Of a stretch of DNA of 64,000 bases, positions 1-13,560 are shown piece after piece. The notes under the pieces are model-generated. The model was given only the letters and a program-made list of their open reading frames with translations, ran no database searches and had not been told where the DNA came from. A program made the translations under genes and the position numbers. Each line of letters starts with the position of its first letter. The first letter of the stretch is position 1. The stretch is from Eledone cirrhosa (Eukaryota): the NCBI GenBank assembly GCA_964016885.1, contig OZ024745.1, positions 121,334,001-121,398,000 of the forward strand, given 5' to 3'.

Positions 1-96
1 TCTTGTTGAGTCAAACAAAGCCGTACGTTAAAACTATCCACAACGCAGAGTACTCACAACCTCTAACTGGATTACCTATAACGATAACTTGTTATC

Positions 97-133
<37 letters not shown>
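1..133 (-). mobile_element. Probable PLE 3' terminal fragment abutting a (TA)n tract
   Basis: CAGAGTACTCAC (46-57) resembles the CAGAGTACTCAATAC motif of the hammerhead elements at 6066 and 47897; (TA)n follows at ~99-133. Confidence 0.3.
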
Positions 134-134
<1 letters not shown>

Positions 135-434
135 TTATGTATATAATTACGGTAAACATGTTGACTAATCGGGGTTGAGTGTGCAACACACCTATCAATA
201 AATAATGATGCAATATGAATTAAGCACCCAAGGTCATGTATTTTTTTCCAAATATGTTTTCTCAATCATTGACAGGAAAATGTGAAGTTTGATGTAGATG
301 TTATCTGATGATATCGTGCCGCTGGTTGCGTAATGAACCAGCAGGTAATCACGATCACCATTGAAATATGCATCACAGCTTTGTTAATAAAGGGTTTTTA
401 AACAACTCCGCCGAACTTCGCATTTTCCTTATTC

Positions 435-598
<164 letters not shown>

Positions 599-690
599 AA
601 AAACCTCCTGTGTAGACCTACTGAAAGATATAGACAAAACTGTTATGTGGCTCAAATGTCTATTATAAAAAGAAGTTTGTTACTTATTAA

Positions 691-895
691 CCCTTTAGCA
701 TTTAAACCGGCCATATCTGGCCAGAATTCTCTCACCTTTTTCTGTTCAAACCGGCTATAACTAGCCACTGGTACTGTCATTAAGGTATTGTTCTCAAAAT
801 AAATACTAATATCATCAAAATCTCGTAGAATCCATATTATGTGAGATAAAGCCTTTACGATGATAATATAATAGAGTAATGTAAATGCTAAAGGG
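691..895. mobile_element. piggyBac-type MITE
   Basis: 14-bp TIRs CCCTTTAGCATTTA (691-704) / TAAATGCTAAAGGG (882-895); TTAA on the left, T-TTAA on the right. Confidence 0.8.
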
Positions 896-1058
896 TTTAA
901 CCTAGCCATAGGCAGAAGAGGGTGATAAGGTAAAGTTCATGAGTTAGTTTTAAATTTATATTAAATTGTTTCTTAATTAGGGTCGCATTTAAAAGAATAA
1001 AAATTTAGACTGGGTTATTAAGAGGCACTCGGTTAAACACAGATTACATTTTGGGCTC

Positions 1059-1122
<64 letters not shown>

Positions 1123-1452
1123 TTTGGTTTCAATTCTACTGACAGTGCTCTAACTGCTAGCAAGGCTTAGTACTGCCATTTTCTGTATGGTGTTATTGTT
1201 GTTTAGGCTCATGCAAGGTTGACCTATGATTAAAAGTCCTCCAACCAGGGCAATTGTGGTTTTTAGGGTCATTTAGGATTATTCTATGTATTGAGTCATT
1301 CCATTTTTCAAAACGGTAGTGTGAGATTTATGGGAGATTTGACTATTATTTCTAACACATCGACTTGACAGATACTCTTCCTCGTTATATGATGTTTGTG
1401 TGAAATATTCAATTATGCATTTGTCTATATGTCATTTTGTCCTTCCCAACAA

Positions 1453-1736
1453 ATTGGCAGAGTTGTTAAAACGTCGGATAGAATACTTTACGGTATTCGT
1501 CCCACCTCATTCCATGCTCTGAGTTCAAATCCTACCAGTGTCAACTTTCCCTTTCATTCTTTCGAGGTCGATAAAAAAAAAGTACCAGTCAAGTACTGGG
1601 GTCGATTCTTCCTATAGGAAAAATCGGCTGTGTTCAGACCTTGAGAGGGTTGGGCTCCACCAGGTTTAAAAGTGCCCTAGACACACCATATGACAGTGCC
1701 TCTACGACTCCACGAGGAGTTATGGGAGCTTTATCC
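1453..1736 (+). mobile_element. tRNA-derived SINE (family A) with structured alternative 3' tail
   Basis: B-box GAGTTCAAATCC, central CCTTTCATTCTTTCGAGGTCGATAAAA..AGTACCAG domain; 16-bp TSD TTGTCCTTCCCAACAA at 1437-1452 and 1737-1752. Confidence 0.85.
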
Positions 1737-1779
1737 TTGTCCTTCCCAACAATTCATTTGTTGTTATGGAAGGACGTGA

Positions 1780-3270
1780 AATACCAAATTAAGAAGTTCA
1801 CTTCAGAATCATTAGGTATCGAGTTCGATCCCATAGCGTGCCATTTTTTACCAAATGTCAATTATCATCGCCTCCAGTTGACACAAACTTTAAGAGTGGT
1901 ATTGGGTAGACGGAAATTGATTGAAGGGCCGTCGGATGGACTATACCTGTAATTTAAAGTGCCAGTCTTGCTATACACTGTGCCACATTGAATCTCCCTG
2001 AGAACTCCGTTAAGGGTGCACGTGTCTGTGGAATGCTCGTACGCATAGATGTTAATTTCATAAGCAAGCTGTTTCGTTGTTCGAACAACTTTTAACATAG
2101 ATCTCGTAGAAACCGACAGAGACCCATTCCTCAGTTCCTTTGTTATGGAGTTGGTTCCTGTCCTCATCCTCACGTGTGAAGGCTCGTGGCTTTGTGGTTA
2201 AGGTATTCGGCTTACAATCATAAGGTTATGAGTTCGATTCCCGGCGGTGCGTTGTGTCCTTCAGCAAGACACTTTATTTCACGTTGCTTCAGTCTAATCA
2301 GCCGACAAAAATGAGTTGTGCCTGTAATTTGAAGGGTCAGCCTTGTCACATTCTGTGTTACGTTGAATCTCCCTGAGAACTACGGGGAATGCTCAGCCAC
2401 TTGCATGTTAATTTCACGAGCAGGCTGTTCCGTTGATCGGATCAACTGGAACGATCGTCGTCGTAACCGACGGAGTGCCAGTTATATATCCTCGCCTTCT
2501 GAATATATCTATTGTTCAGTCTCTTTATTTCAAACGTTTTTGTGACTACAAACAGACGTCAGGAAACTGAGGAAGGATTATTTTCATATATTTCATGCAC
2601 CGGAATAATCCAAGATATTTTGTGGAATTTCCTCGACACATAATTACTCCAGGGATTTTTTTTCTTCATGTTGACATTTATTGTTCTTTCTTGTCGTAGA
2701 TTGTGAAGGCGCATGGCTTAGTAGTTAGAGCATTGGGCTTGCAATCGAAAGGTTGTGAGTTCAATTCTCGGACCGAGTGATGTGTTGTTTCCTTGAGCAA
2801 GACAGTTTACTGGAGCAACGAGATGATAGGACTGTAGAAATGAGATGATAGGACTGGGATCCCTATCATTAAATTACCCAAGACAGCTCCAACGAGATAT
2901 ACCTTGGAGGAGGCCAGCTAAACCTGCATAGGTGTGAGCTGTCACACATACACTTGTGGTAGATTGAGACACGTAGTCTAGTGGTTAGTGTGTTGGACTT
3001 ACGATTGTAATGTCAACGGTTTGATTCTTGAACCGGATGACGCGTTGTGTTCTTGAGTAAAAAAAAAAAATCATTTCTCTCTTTCACGTTGCTCCAATCC
3101 ATTCATCTGAAAACTAATACCAGCAGCAATAGTTGGGGAGTTAACACTACGATATACTGGCATCCTGTCCAAGAGGTTACCTTGTACGCTTAGTCGCTTA
3201 ACGCCAATGAAATTAGGATAAGCTTCGGTCTGATGAGTCTCTGGGCTTGGGACAGACTTTAACTTTTTTT
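1780..3270 (+). mobile_element. Cluster of ~4 tRNA-derived CORE-like SINEs (family B)
   Basis: A/B-box heads (GTGGCTT..TGGTTA, GAGTTCGATTCC) followed by TTGTGTCCTTGAGCAAGACACTTTATTTCACGTTGCT; best copy 2177-2480. Confidence 0.8.
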
Positions 3271-3310
3271 TATTAACTTTATTGATTTTACTATATTTTT
3301 ATTCTATGTC

Positions 3311-3655
3311 AATCCCATTATGTCATCCTTGTACCGTCTACAATCCCCTTATGTCATCCTTGTACCGTCTACAATGCCATTGTCATCCTTGTACCGTCTA
3401 CAATGCCATTATGTCATCCTTGTACCGTCTACAATGCCATTATGTCATCCTTGTACCGTCTACAATCCCATTATGTCATCCTTGTACCGTCTACAATGCC
3501 ATTATGTCATCCTTGTACCGTCTACAATCCCATTATGTCATCCTTGTACCGTCTACAATGCCATTATGTCATCCTTGTACCGTCTACAATCCCATTATGT
3601 CATCCTTGTACCGTCTACAATGCCATTATGTCATCCTTGTACCGTCTACAATGCC
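3311..3655. repeat. 31-bp minisatellite, ~11 copies
   Basis: Unit AAT(C/G)CCATTATGTCATCCTTGTACCGTCTAC; produces the three overlapping ORFs 3282-3747. Confidence 0.95.
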
Positions 3656-3699
3656 GTGAAGTGTTGAGTCCAATAAAAGAAATCATTGTTAGGATTCTT

Positions 3700-4220
3700 A
3701 CCTTTGCTTTTCATCTTTACGTGGTCGATAAAATAAAGTACCAGTAATGCACTGGTGTTGATTTATTCGACTTTCCCCTCCCCCCAAATTGCTGACTTTG
3801 TACCTAAATTAGAAACCAGGTGGATTGGCAGTATCGGTAGAGCGTCATACACCATGCTTTGCAGCATAGAGTTATGACCCTTTACGTTCTGAGTTCAAAT
3901 CCCGCCGAGGTTAACTTTGCCTTTCATCCCTACGGGGTCGATAAAATAAAGTACCAGTAATGCAGTGGGGGTAATTGCTGGCCTTGTGCCAAAAGTAGAA
4001 ACAATTATTAGGATTGGAAGAACCGTTGGTTTGTCGGATGAAATGCATTGCAATGTTTGGTTATGGTCTTCAACGTTCTGGTTTCAAATCTTGCTGAGGT
4101 CATCTTTGTCTTTCATCTTTCTCGACTCCATAAAATAAAGTACCAGTCAAAAACTGGAGTTGATTTTATTGATTTTATTGTTCCAAAGTTGCTGGATTTG
4201 TACCTAAATTAGAAACCTTT
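3700..4220 (+). mobile_element. Head-to-tail trio of family A SINEs
   Basis: Repeated GGATTGGCAGTATCGGTAGAG head and GTCGATAAAATAAAGTACCAG core. Confidence 0.85.
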
Positions 4221-4429
4221 GTTAAGAAAAACAATGATAAAAGTTCCACTCAATCACTATTGTTACGTCCCACCGAGGTCAATTTAATCGATTATTTCTC
4301 CAGATTTGTGAGAAATACATCAGAAAATCAATATTGGTCAATGACTCATTAATTTATTACTCACCGCATGATTACTTCTTGTTTGATTTTTAATGATCCT
4401 TTTATTAAGTATGTTAAGGCCAATTTCAT

Positions 4430-4950
4430 GAAGGCACGTGGCTTAGTGGTCAGGGTATTCGACTCACAATGGTAAGTTAGTGGAGAAAAACACTTTATTT
4501 CACGTTACTCCAGTCCACTGTGTCCTTGAGCAAAACACTTTATTTCACGTTACTCCAGTCCACTGTGTCCTTGACCAAAACACTTTATTTCACGTTGCTC
4601 CAGTCCACTGTGTCCTTGAGCAAAACACTTTATTTCACGTTACTCCAGTCCACTGTGTCCTTGAGCAAAACACTTTATTTCACGTTGTTCCAGTCCACTG
4701 TGTCCTTGAACAAGACACTAACTTAATTTCACGTTGCTCCAGTCCACTCAGCTGACAAAAATGAGTTGTACCTGTAATTCGAAAGGGCCATCCTTGTCAC
4801 ATTCTGTGTCACGCTGAATCTCCCTGAGAACTATGTTAAGGTTTCGCGTGACTGTGGAATGTTCAGCCACCTAGCGCGTAAATTTTACGAGTAGGCTGTT
4901 CCGCTGATCGTATCATTAGAACACTCTTCGTCTTAACCGACGGAGTGCCA
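4430..4950 (+). mobile_element. Family B SINE with internal 45-bp core amplified ~6 times
   Basis: Head at 4430, unit AAAACACTTTATTTCACGTTACTCCAGTCCACTGTGTCCTTGAGC repeated 4487-4750, then the normal tail to ACCGACGGAGTGCC. Confidence 0.9.
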
Positions 4951-4999
4951 ATTTATTGTTATGATGCCAGCTTAATTCTAAACATCCTGTAATATTTTG

Positions 5000-5800
5000 G
5001 AACTTCCGTTGGAATCGATGATGAGTGTTCAAGGTCTTTGATCAATGGAATACTGTGCTCATGAAATTAACATACACGTGGCTGAGCAATCTACAAACAC
5101 GTGTACCATTAATGTAGTTCTCGGAGAGATTCAGCATCACTTAGAATTACAGCTGAGTGGACTGAAGCAACGTGAGATAAGTGCCTTGCTCAAGGTTATA
5201 ACGCGCCACTGAGAATAGAGCTTACGACCTTATAATCATGAGCCAAGCACCCTAACCTCTAAGCCATACGCTTCAGGACATCTAAAAATACAAAGTTCGT
5301 AAATTCAAATATGTATAGTATATTTACTAGTCGACAGATCATTGTAAAAGTTTCAATATTAGAGTGAAGACTTCAATTTTTACTGTGCTGCAGTCATAGT
5401 AGTGTTTTGTGATTTTCCAAAATGATTTGCTAATGTGGTTTCATGCGGTATAGAGCAGCGGTCACCAACCGATGGTCCGAGAGAAAATGTTGGTGGTCTG
5501 CAGAAAATGTTGGACATTATTTACTTTTAGAATGTTGTTATGATTAAATAAGCATTTATAATTTTGTTATATTTAATAGGTATATTTCATATTAATAAAA
5601 TGGAAGTTTTCTGATCATTATTTTACAATGGATTAGAGAGGTGGATTGGCAGTATCGGTAGAGGGTCGGACGCCATGCTTTGCAGCATAGAGTTACGGCC
5701 CTTTATGATCTGAGTTCAAATCATGCCGAGGTTAACTTTGCCTTTCATCCTTACAGGGTCGATAAAATAAAGTACCAGTCACGCACTGAGTCGATTTAGT
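5000..5800. mobile_element. Family B SINE (minus, ~5000-5275), hAT/Charlie-like left end (~5456) and family A SINE (plus, 5638-5800)
   Basis: Reverse-complement SINE motifs; CAGCGGTCACCAACC terminus; family A head and core. Confidence 0.65.
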
Positions 5801-5879
5801 CGAATCACTAAGTTACGAAACATGAGCACAGACACAAGCGTAAACAAGGATACACACATACACACGCGCACACACACGC

Positions 5880-5921
<42 letters not shown>

Positions 5922-6022
5922 AAATGAAAAATGGCGTGCTGTGTTGTTGCAAGTGTGATATACAAATTAAAATGAAGAATTAGAAATAGGACTATCCATC
6001 ATCAGAATATATATATATATAT

Positions 6023-6215
6023 AACGAAGGAGGTGTGGTAAGGAACCAGCTGGACCATAACGCACCAGAGTACTCAATACTTAGGGTAGTAGAGTGGGTA
6101 ATAGGAAAATGTTTGACCCCGACGGCAGAGCTAAAGCCGTTTCGACGGCTATTTCTGGACTCAGAAATAGCCGTCGAAACGGCTTGACTTCTGCCGTCGG
6201 GGTCAAACATTTTCC

Positions 6216-6218
<3 letters not shown>
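6023..6218 (-). mobile_element. Fold-back PLE-type terminal element (hammerhead family 2) in (TA)n
   Basis: 57-bp inverted arms 6101-6157/6162-6218 carrying GAAAC-GGC-loop-GCC-GTC (hammerhead stem III plus cleavage triplet); TA tracts on both sides; homologous to 47541-47755. Confidence 0.75.
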
Positions 6219-6263
<45 letters not shown>

Positions 6264-6309
6264 TGTATGTATGTATCTATATATATATATCATACGGTAG
6301 TACTATATA

Positions 6310-7150
6310 GGTTTCGTCTACCAAATTCCACATACAAGTCACTGATTGACCCCAAGATAGAGTAGAAGACCAAGGTGCGACGCAGTGTAACCGAACCCCA
6401 AACCACGAGATTGCGAAACGAGCTCCTTAACCACACAGCCATATCTGTGTTTATTTACTGAAAGGTTTATTGTGGTCCAACAAAACATCTGCAATGTTCG
6501 GTTAATATCAACTGGTTGTGTGTACGATAGGTCCCGGGTTCGATCCCTCGCCGTGTCATCTTAGGCAAAGGTATCAGTTGAACCATGCTTTGTGAGTAAA
6601 ATTGAGTAGACGGAAACTGTTTGAAAGGCTGTCAAATTGGACTGTACCTGTAATTCAATGGGGAAGGCCATGTCACACTGTGTAACATGACTGGATCTCA
6701 CAGAGAATTACGTTATGGAATGCTCAGTCATACATTATATTGATTTCTGCTATAGGCACAAGGACAGCAATTTGGGGGAGGGGAAAGTCGATTAAATCGG
6801 CCCCAGTGCATTACTGGTATTTTATTTTATCGACCCCGTAAGGATGAAAGACAAAGCTAAGCTCGGCAGGATTTTAACTCATTACATAAAGGGCCACAAT
6901 ACTGCCAATCCACTGCCCTTCAGTCATATACTATAATACAAAGTGGATTATACCTGTAATTCAAAGGGCCAGCCACGTCACATGCTATGTCATGCTGTGT
7001 CATTGTGTACCACGCTGACTCTCCCTGACAATTACGTTACGAGTACATGTGTCTGAGGAACATTCAGCCACTTACACGTTACTTTCATGAGCAGGATGTT
7101 CTGTGAATCAAACAACTGGGGCAGTCATCGTCGAAACGGACGGAGATCCA
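6310..7150. mobile_element. Nested SINEs (family B pieces with a minus-strand family A copy at ~6745-6915)
   Basis: Recurrent SINE motifs on both strands. Confidence 0.7.
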
Positions 7151-7660
7151 ATGATCGATGCTGGGTAGTTAAAGAAATCTCGTGTCATACAGTTGGTTTT
7201 TGATGAGATAAGATAGCTATTCACTGCACTTAGAACTACTGAAGCAAACATAAATATGATAGACACATACATTCCTAATCTCTATGTATTTCCGCCTCTC
7301 ACTCCCGCTTTCCTGTTTGCATCATATAACAAATACAACAACATGAATATCGTGGTCTCTCTCTCTCTCTCTCAAGCACACTTCCATATATATATATATA
7401 TCAGTGTTGAACAAACGAGCAACGATGGTTGCTAGACACTACGGCTTAATACGGGATGTTTGTTTGCAAACACACCGAGTGTTATAATAAATGTTCGGTG
7501 AATCCATACGTACATATATATATGTGTGCATGTATGTATATATATATATACATACATACTACTGTACGTCTGTATACATATATGTATGTACGTGTACATA
7601 CTTATATTTAAGTAACAGCCGTACTAAGAGTGGGAAATGAAATTTCGTTTCATTTTTTCC

Positions 7661-7982
<322 letters not shown>

Positions 7983-8120
7983 GTATGCATATAAATAAAT
8001 AAATAAATAAATAAATATTTCTCTTACTGGTAATAAGGTAGTAGGAAATTACTGACCTTTCCTGTTTATAGTTGTTTGTACTATATACATAACTATAAAT
8101 AGTATTATTATTATTATGTA

Positions 8121-8185
<65 letters not shown>

Positions 8186-8187
<2 letters not shown>

Positions 8188-8270
8188 TCTTTAATATAGA
8201 AATATCTTTCACAGGACTAGAACTATTTCATTCAAAAGAAATCATCAGGAAACAGTTCTAATCCGGTAGA
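8186..8270 (-). mobile_element. Degenerate hammerhead family 1 fragment
   Basis: Minus strand reads CTGATGA-TTTCTTTTGAAT-GAAATAG-TTCTAGTC-CTGTG; starts at the edge of a (TA)n tract. Confidence 0.7.
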
Positions 8271-8920
8271 AGCCGTTTTGGTGGTCCCTGCTCTTCTTCT
8301 CCATCTTAGGTTGGATCCTGTTAAGAATCCTCCTGTTAAGGGTCTTTGCCACAAGGGACGTCAGTGAGATCCCTCTGTAGTTGTTGCTGCCAGAAAGATC
8401 TCCCTTCTTTGGTACTGGGACGATGTTACTGATCCTCCATTGATTTGGGGCAACTCCTTTTTCCAGTGCCTGGTTATAGAACTCCAGGATGATATTGTCA
8501 AAATCACACCTCTTCATCACCTCTGATGCCACTCCATCTTCTCCGTGGGCCTTACCCTCTTTGCTCTTCTCCCTAGCTCTCTGAAACTTCTCTCTGGCGA
8601 AGAATCCTGTCTCAATATCCAGTTCCTCAAACAGCTGTCTGATCTCCCCAGTGTTCTGGGCCGTGGAAGGTTGCTCTCCTAGTAGGGTCTTAAATAGGTC
8701 CAGCCACTTCCTATTCCTATCCTCAGGCCCTCTTCCCCGAATCTGACGCAAACTCCCTCTCTTCCTCCCTGTGATCTCGTTGATGATCATCCAACTCTCT
8801 TTACACTTACACCTGTCAACCGCTCTCTCTACACTCCTGGTTTTCTCCATCATCAGCTCATCTCTGACCTCAGTATAAGCGACTCAGAGTTTTTCCTTCC
8901 TCTACATTCTTCTTCCTTTC
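8265..8920 (-). pseudogene. RTE-like non-LTR retrotransposon ORF fragment (linker and RT N-terminus)
   Basis: KAHGEDG, WRISNIVPVPKKGDLS..NYRGISLTS..K..NR.ILNRI, QNGF are APE-type LINE RT motifs. Confidence 0.9.
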
Positions 8921-8924
8921 TTCC

Positions 8925-9196
8925 TTGTGCTGGAGAAACACCAGGACTTGTGCATCACTGTAACACCGGCTCAAAACAGGAGAGTTAAGGCTAAAAAAAT
9001 ATCAGATGCTGAATTTGCTGACGACATAGTTCTGGTGACAAACGCAGTGAAGGAGGCAGAGGAGTTGATGCGAGAGGTGGAGACTGTCGATGGACGTGGG
9101 GCTGAGAATGAATGAGATCAAAACGAAGTATTTGGTAGATAACATCAAGGAGCCAGAGAAGATTATGAATGTGGGCGAGAAGCCGTTAGAGCTGTT
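8925..9196 (+). pseudogene. RTE-like RT fragment, inverted relative to the preceding piece
   Basis: EFADDIVL catalytic motif followed (frameshifted) by GLRMNEIKTKYL. Confidence 0.85.
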
Positions 9197-9199
9197 TTA

Positions 9200-9640
9200 G
9201 TCATCTACCTTGGTCAAACTGGCTGGTGTCTGGCCGACATATTTGCTGAACACGTTCGGGACATCCGGGTCAGCAACCCAACTCCGATCTCCCGACATTT
9301 TCGAACCGCCGGCCACTTCATACGCCACCTCAGTGTCTTCGGTCTCGTACATTGTGCTGGACCCTCTGACTCGCGTTGGCGTAGAAAAACAGCAACGTAT
9401 ATTTTCTTTACAAACCTTCCATCCCACTAACCTTAATGCCCCACCCATCTTCCTATTATCTGCTCTACCTATTATATACTCTCTAGCACACACTAAACAT
9501 TCTTCCTCTACCATATGTCATACTCGTTAAAACATATATACACTCTTACATACAAATCACACTTAGATACTTTACACGTAGAAAATTCACAATTTAATCA
9601 TACACTCACACATACAAATCCACTCATCTCACGGACCTAG
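9200..9640 (+). pseudogene. Neptune-type Penelope GIY-YIG endonuclease C-terminal fragment plus 3' UTR
   Basis: Frame from 9200 reads VIYLGQTGWCLADIFAEHVRDIR..TPISRHF..GH..LSVFGL, then after a frameshift EKQQRIFSLQTFHPTNLN. Confidence 0.8.
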
Positions 9641-9644
9641 AAAG

Positions 9645-9900
9645 CTCCCCTCATGGCGCAAGCCTGGGCAAGGTTTGTTTGTGTAAGACCAGCAGTGACC
9701 CATGCATATCAGTCTCCTCTCTCCATACCACCGATGTTGTCCAATGGAAAGGCAATGGCCGATATAGCTTGGCATCAGTGACGTCACAACTCATTTCTAC
9801 AGCTGAGTAAACTGAAGCAACATGAAAATAAAGTGTCTTGCTCAAGGACACAACGCATCGCCCGGCCCGAGAATCGAACTCACAACTTCTCAATTGCAAA
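9645..9900 (-). mobile_element. Family B SINE, long-tail variant
   Basis: Reverse complement of the copy at 39820-40170. Confidence 0.85.
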
Positions 9901-10943
9901 TCTAAGTCTTTTTGTTTGCAGTAAACGCTATGTTGTGGCCCTTTGCTTATCGGTTGTTGTATTCTTGGACATTTTACATGTCAAATATTTCAAAAGTAAA
10001 ATATTTGTTCTTTGCAACTGACTTGCATTTCATAGTCTGACAGCCGATGTTAATTCTAAAAATCTCCGTATAACATATGAGTGCAGGGTTTCTTTTGAAG
10101 AAATTTTAGAACTGGGGAAATCTTGGGGCAGATGCCATAACTCAGTCTTTGAGAAACATTTGTAATGGTTATTTTTAACATTTTATGAGTGTTTTAAATA
10201 TTTTAAACATAATTTACTATGTCAGGAAATTTAGTATTTGACACAAACTGTAAACTTACGGCACAAAATTAGATTTAGAACTGCTGCACCAACCTGAGTG
10301 AACTGCACCTTAAAATGAGTGAGAACTGGACGAGTGAGTCGCTAGCGTGCAGTTTCGTAGTAAAAGCTACTTATAACAGATCAGCACATTATCCAGGATT
10401 TAAGGGGATCCGGCGTCTTATGGATCCTTGGATTTATGAGATTATAAACATGGCATGAAATATAGTTCTCGCAATATCCATCCGAAACCACGTGATAAAA
10501 ATCACATGATAAATATTACCAAAAAGCTCGTTGCCATAGTTACACGGCATGCTTTGTTGTACATCACAACCTACAAAAACGAACATCATAATCTACACAT
10601 CATACCACTCTTAATATATAAAAACAAATTAAAACCAAACAAAATATAAGTCAATCTTATACAATCACATATCACGAGCTAGAAAACATGCATCACTACC
10701 CACATATACAATGTAGCCTCAAACACGTTCAACGCGAGCTACACACCAGATCCCACGTGTTATGAAAGCCACAGAAAACAGATTCTGCGCAGCTCATAGC
10801 ACCCAACATGGCTACTTCCGCCACCACAACATACAAATCAGCCGCTACATCACGCAGCATGTCATGGTTGTCACACAATTCACTCACTTTACTACACAAT
10901 CTTGAAGTCACACACCACACACTAGAAACAAAGACAGCATATA

Positions 10944-11154
10944 CAGGGTGGCCCAAAAGTCACACAGGGGTTTTAGTTTTTATTAACTTCCTGAATTGTA
11001 CAGATTGATGTATGAAATGTTGATACAACTTAAAGGACATAATGGAAATTATTTTGCACTCGTGAATCCTTGTCACACCTCCACATTACTAAATATTATA
11101 AAATTAAAAAAATATAAACAGTTGCGACCCCTGTGTGACGTTTGGGCCACCCAG
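10944..11154. mobile_element. Tc1/mariner-type MITE
   Basis: 27-bp TIRs CAGGGTGGCCCAAAAGTCACACAGGGG (2 mismatches), TA on both sides. Confidence 0.9.
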
Positions 11155-11264
11155 TATTATGAATTGCACGATAGCAAAATAACACAATACACACTAGAGA
11201 CAGGAAGTACACAATATATGTCAAAGGCCATACAACAGTACACATTACGGACTATACGTTAGAA

Positions 11265-11618
11265 CAGAGGTTCTCAACGGGGGGCATTGAGAAGGGCCAG
11301 GGGAGCATCGAGAAAATCCAGAGGGGCACTGGAGTCTAAGGGGGTGGCGGCGGTAAAGATGATATAATAGTATATTAAATATCAAATGATACATATTATA
11401 TATAGTAAAATAAAAATATATATTTATTTATACATTGTATATATTATATTATTTTATATAAATTTACGATTTTATTTATTATATATTATTTACAATTTGT
11501 TATATATTATTTACAATTTACATATAAGCAGGTCTCTCTGGAAATAGGGTTGGGGGACGTTGGGGCATTGAGGGTATTAGGTGGCCGTGAGTGGGTGGTG
11601 GCCCAAAAGGTTTGAGAA
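11265..11618. mobile_element. hAT/Charlie-like MITE with an eroded right end
   Basis: CAGAGGTTCTCAAC left end and GGTTTGAGAA right end; TTAGAA on both flanks. Confidence 0.6.
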
Positions 11619-11619
11619 T

Positions 11620-12150
11620 TAGAACACAACACTTTTTTAAAAGACACATCATAGGTCAGAAGCCACACAACAGAACAATACAATACACAACAGAACAAAA
11701 CAACACATGAGCAACACAATATAGGTGAGAAGCCAGGCAACACAACACATTAAAAGGTCACAACACATAGGAACAAGATGATTACGTCGGAGGTGGCACA
11801 ATACAACAACAACACAGCACAGTACACGTGAACAACACAGAAGCCACACAACATACATCAGAAGAACACAACACACATGAGAAAAGATTCAACACACATT
11901 CTGAACTACACAACATACATCAGACGCCGCACAACACACCAGGAAAAAACACAACATACATGAACTACACAACATACATCAGACGCCACACAACACATCA
12001 GAAGCCACACAACACATATCAGGAAAATATACACCTTACACAAACTACATACGTCATCAGCCACACAACACAACACAACAGAGAGTACAAAACACATATC
12101 ACAAACTGCAGCACAATACTTCACTCTCCATATCGCTACAAAACACACAA
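11620..12150. repeat. CA-rich low-complexity/degenerate minisatellite
   Basis: Repeated CACACAACA..CATCAGA motifs. Confidence 0.8.
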
Positions 12151-12549
12151 CATTTACTGCAATCTTAATGTAATAGCAGTTGTAAACTAATAGTGATCTA
12201 AATTTAGACATGTGTGCACACACAAATCCTCCAATCATCCATTGTAACTCCCCTACCTCCATCCTTCTGTAGCCAGCAAGTTATTTATTAATCTCATGCC
12301 TTCCTTATACAAGACAGGTTTTTCTATACGAACCTGTAACAAAACATGATATTGATTTCTTTAAGGCGGCTTCCGGGTGAAGCAATTTCGTTAGTTTCCA
12401 TTCCTGGTTGAAATATTTCCCTTCTTACACGTCTCCTATAAACCACATTTGAGAAAAAAAACAATGTTTGCACCACCTAAAATCTTGTTTCGTTATATTT
12501 CTAATGAAAGACGCTGTCTATAATTTTCAAATCATTTTGAAAAAATAAT

Positions 12550-13560
12550 GGTTTCTACTTTAGGCACAAGGCCAGCAATTTGAAGGGAAGGGGAAACTCA
12601 ATTGAATCGACACCAGTGTGTTACTGGTACTTTATTTTACCGACCCCGTAAGGATGAAAGGCAAAGCTAACCACGGCGGGATTTGAACTCAGAACGTAAC
12701 TATATGCTGCGAAGCATGGTGTCCGACGCTCTACCGATACTGCCAATCCACCACCCTTTTTAAAATAATATTTCTACTTTTGGCACAAGGCCAGCAATTA
12801 TCCCAGTGCATTACTGGTACTTTATTTTATCTACCTCGTAAAGATGAAAGGCAAAATTAACCTCGGTGGGATTTGAACTCAGACCGTAAAGGGTTGTAAC
12901 TCTATGCTGCAAAGAATGGCGTCCGACCCTCTACCGATACTGCCAATCCGTAATGACAAATTATTAAGTTGTTGCTGCATCGGTCGCAATATTTAGTTAC
13001 GACTTTCTACGTTCTGAGTTCAAATCCTGCCGAGGTCGACATTGCCTTTCATCCTTATGGGATCAATAAAATAAAGTACTAGTTAAGTACAGGAGTAGAT
13101 ATGATCGATTTTCCCCAGCTCTCAAAACTGCTGACCTTGTGCAAATGTTAGAAGGAATTATTATGCTGGTGTTTGGAACATAAAGATTAATACATAAAAT
13201 TATAAAGGAAAGAAACACTTTAAAATAAATTTTTGTATCTTAACACCAGAAATAGTCTTGGGTATCAAAAGTCTAAAGTCTGTCTTAAACCCAGTGGCTC
13301 ATTACACCGGTGCTTATCTCGGTTTCCGCGGCGTTAAGTGACTGAGAGTATAAGACTTCCTCCTGGACAGGATACCAATCCATCGCAAGGTTAAACGCCC
13401 CCAGCTATTACTGGTACTCCTTTTCAATTGAGTATACTGGAGCAACTTAAAAAAGAAGTGTTTTGCTCAAGAATACAACACACAACCTAGTCCAGGGATC
13501 AAACCCACAACGTTATGATCGTAAGTCCAACACCCTTACCACTAGGCCACGTACCTCCAC
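12550..13560. mobile_element. Two tandem family A SINEs (minus), one family A (plus, ~13005-13160) and a family B variant (minus, ~13290-13560)
   Basis: SINE head and core motifs. Confidence 0.8.

Noticed and set aside
3225-3265. CTGATGAGTC as a hammerhead core
   Set aside because: No GAAA or stem III follows; it is part of a SINE 3' tail.
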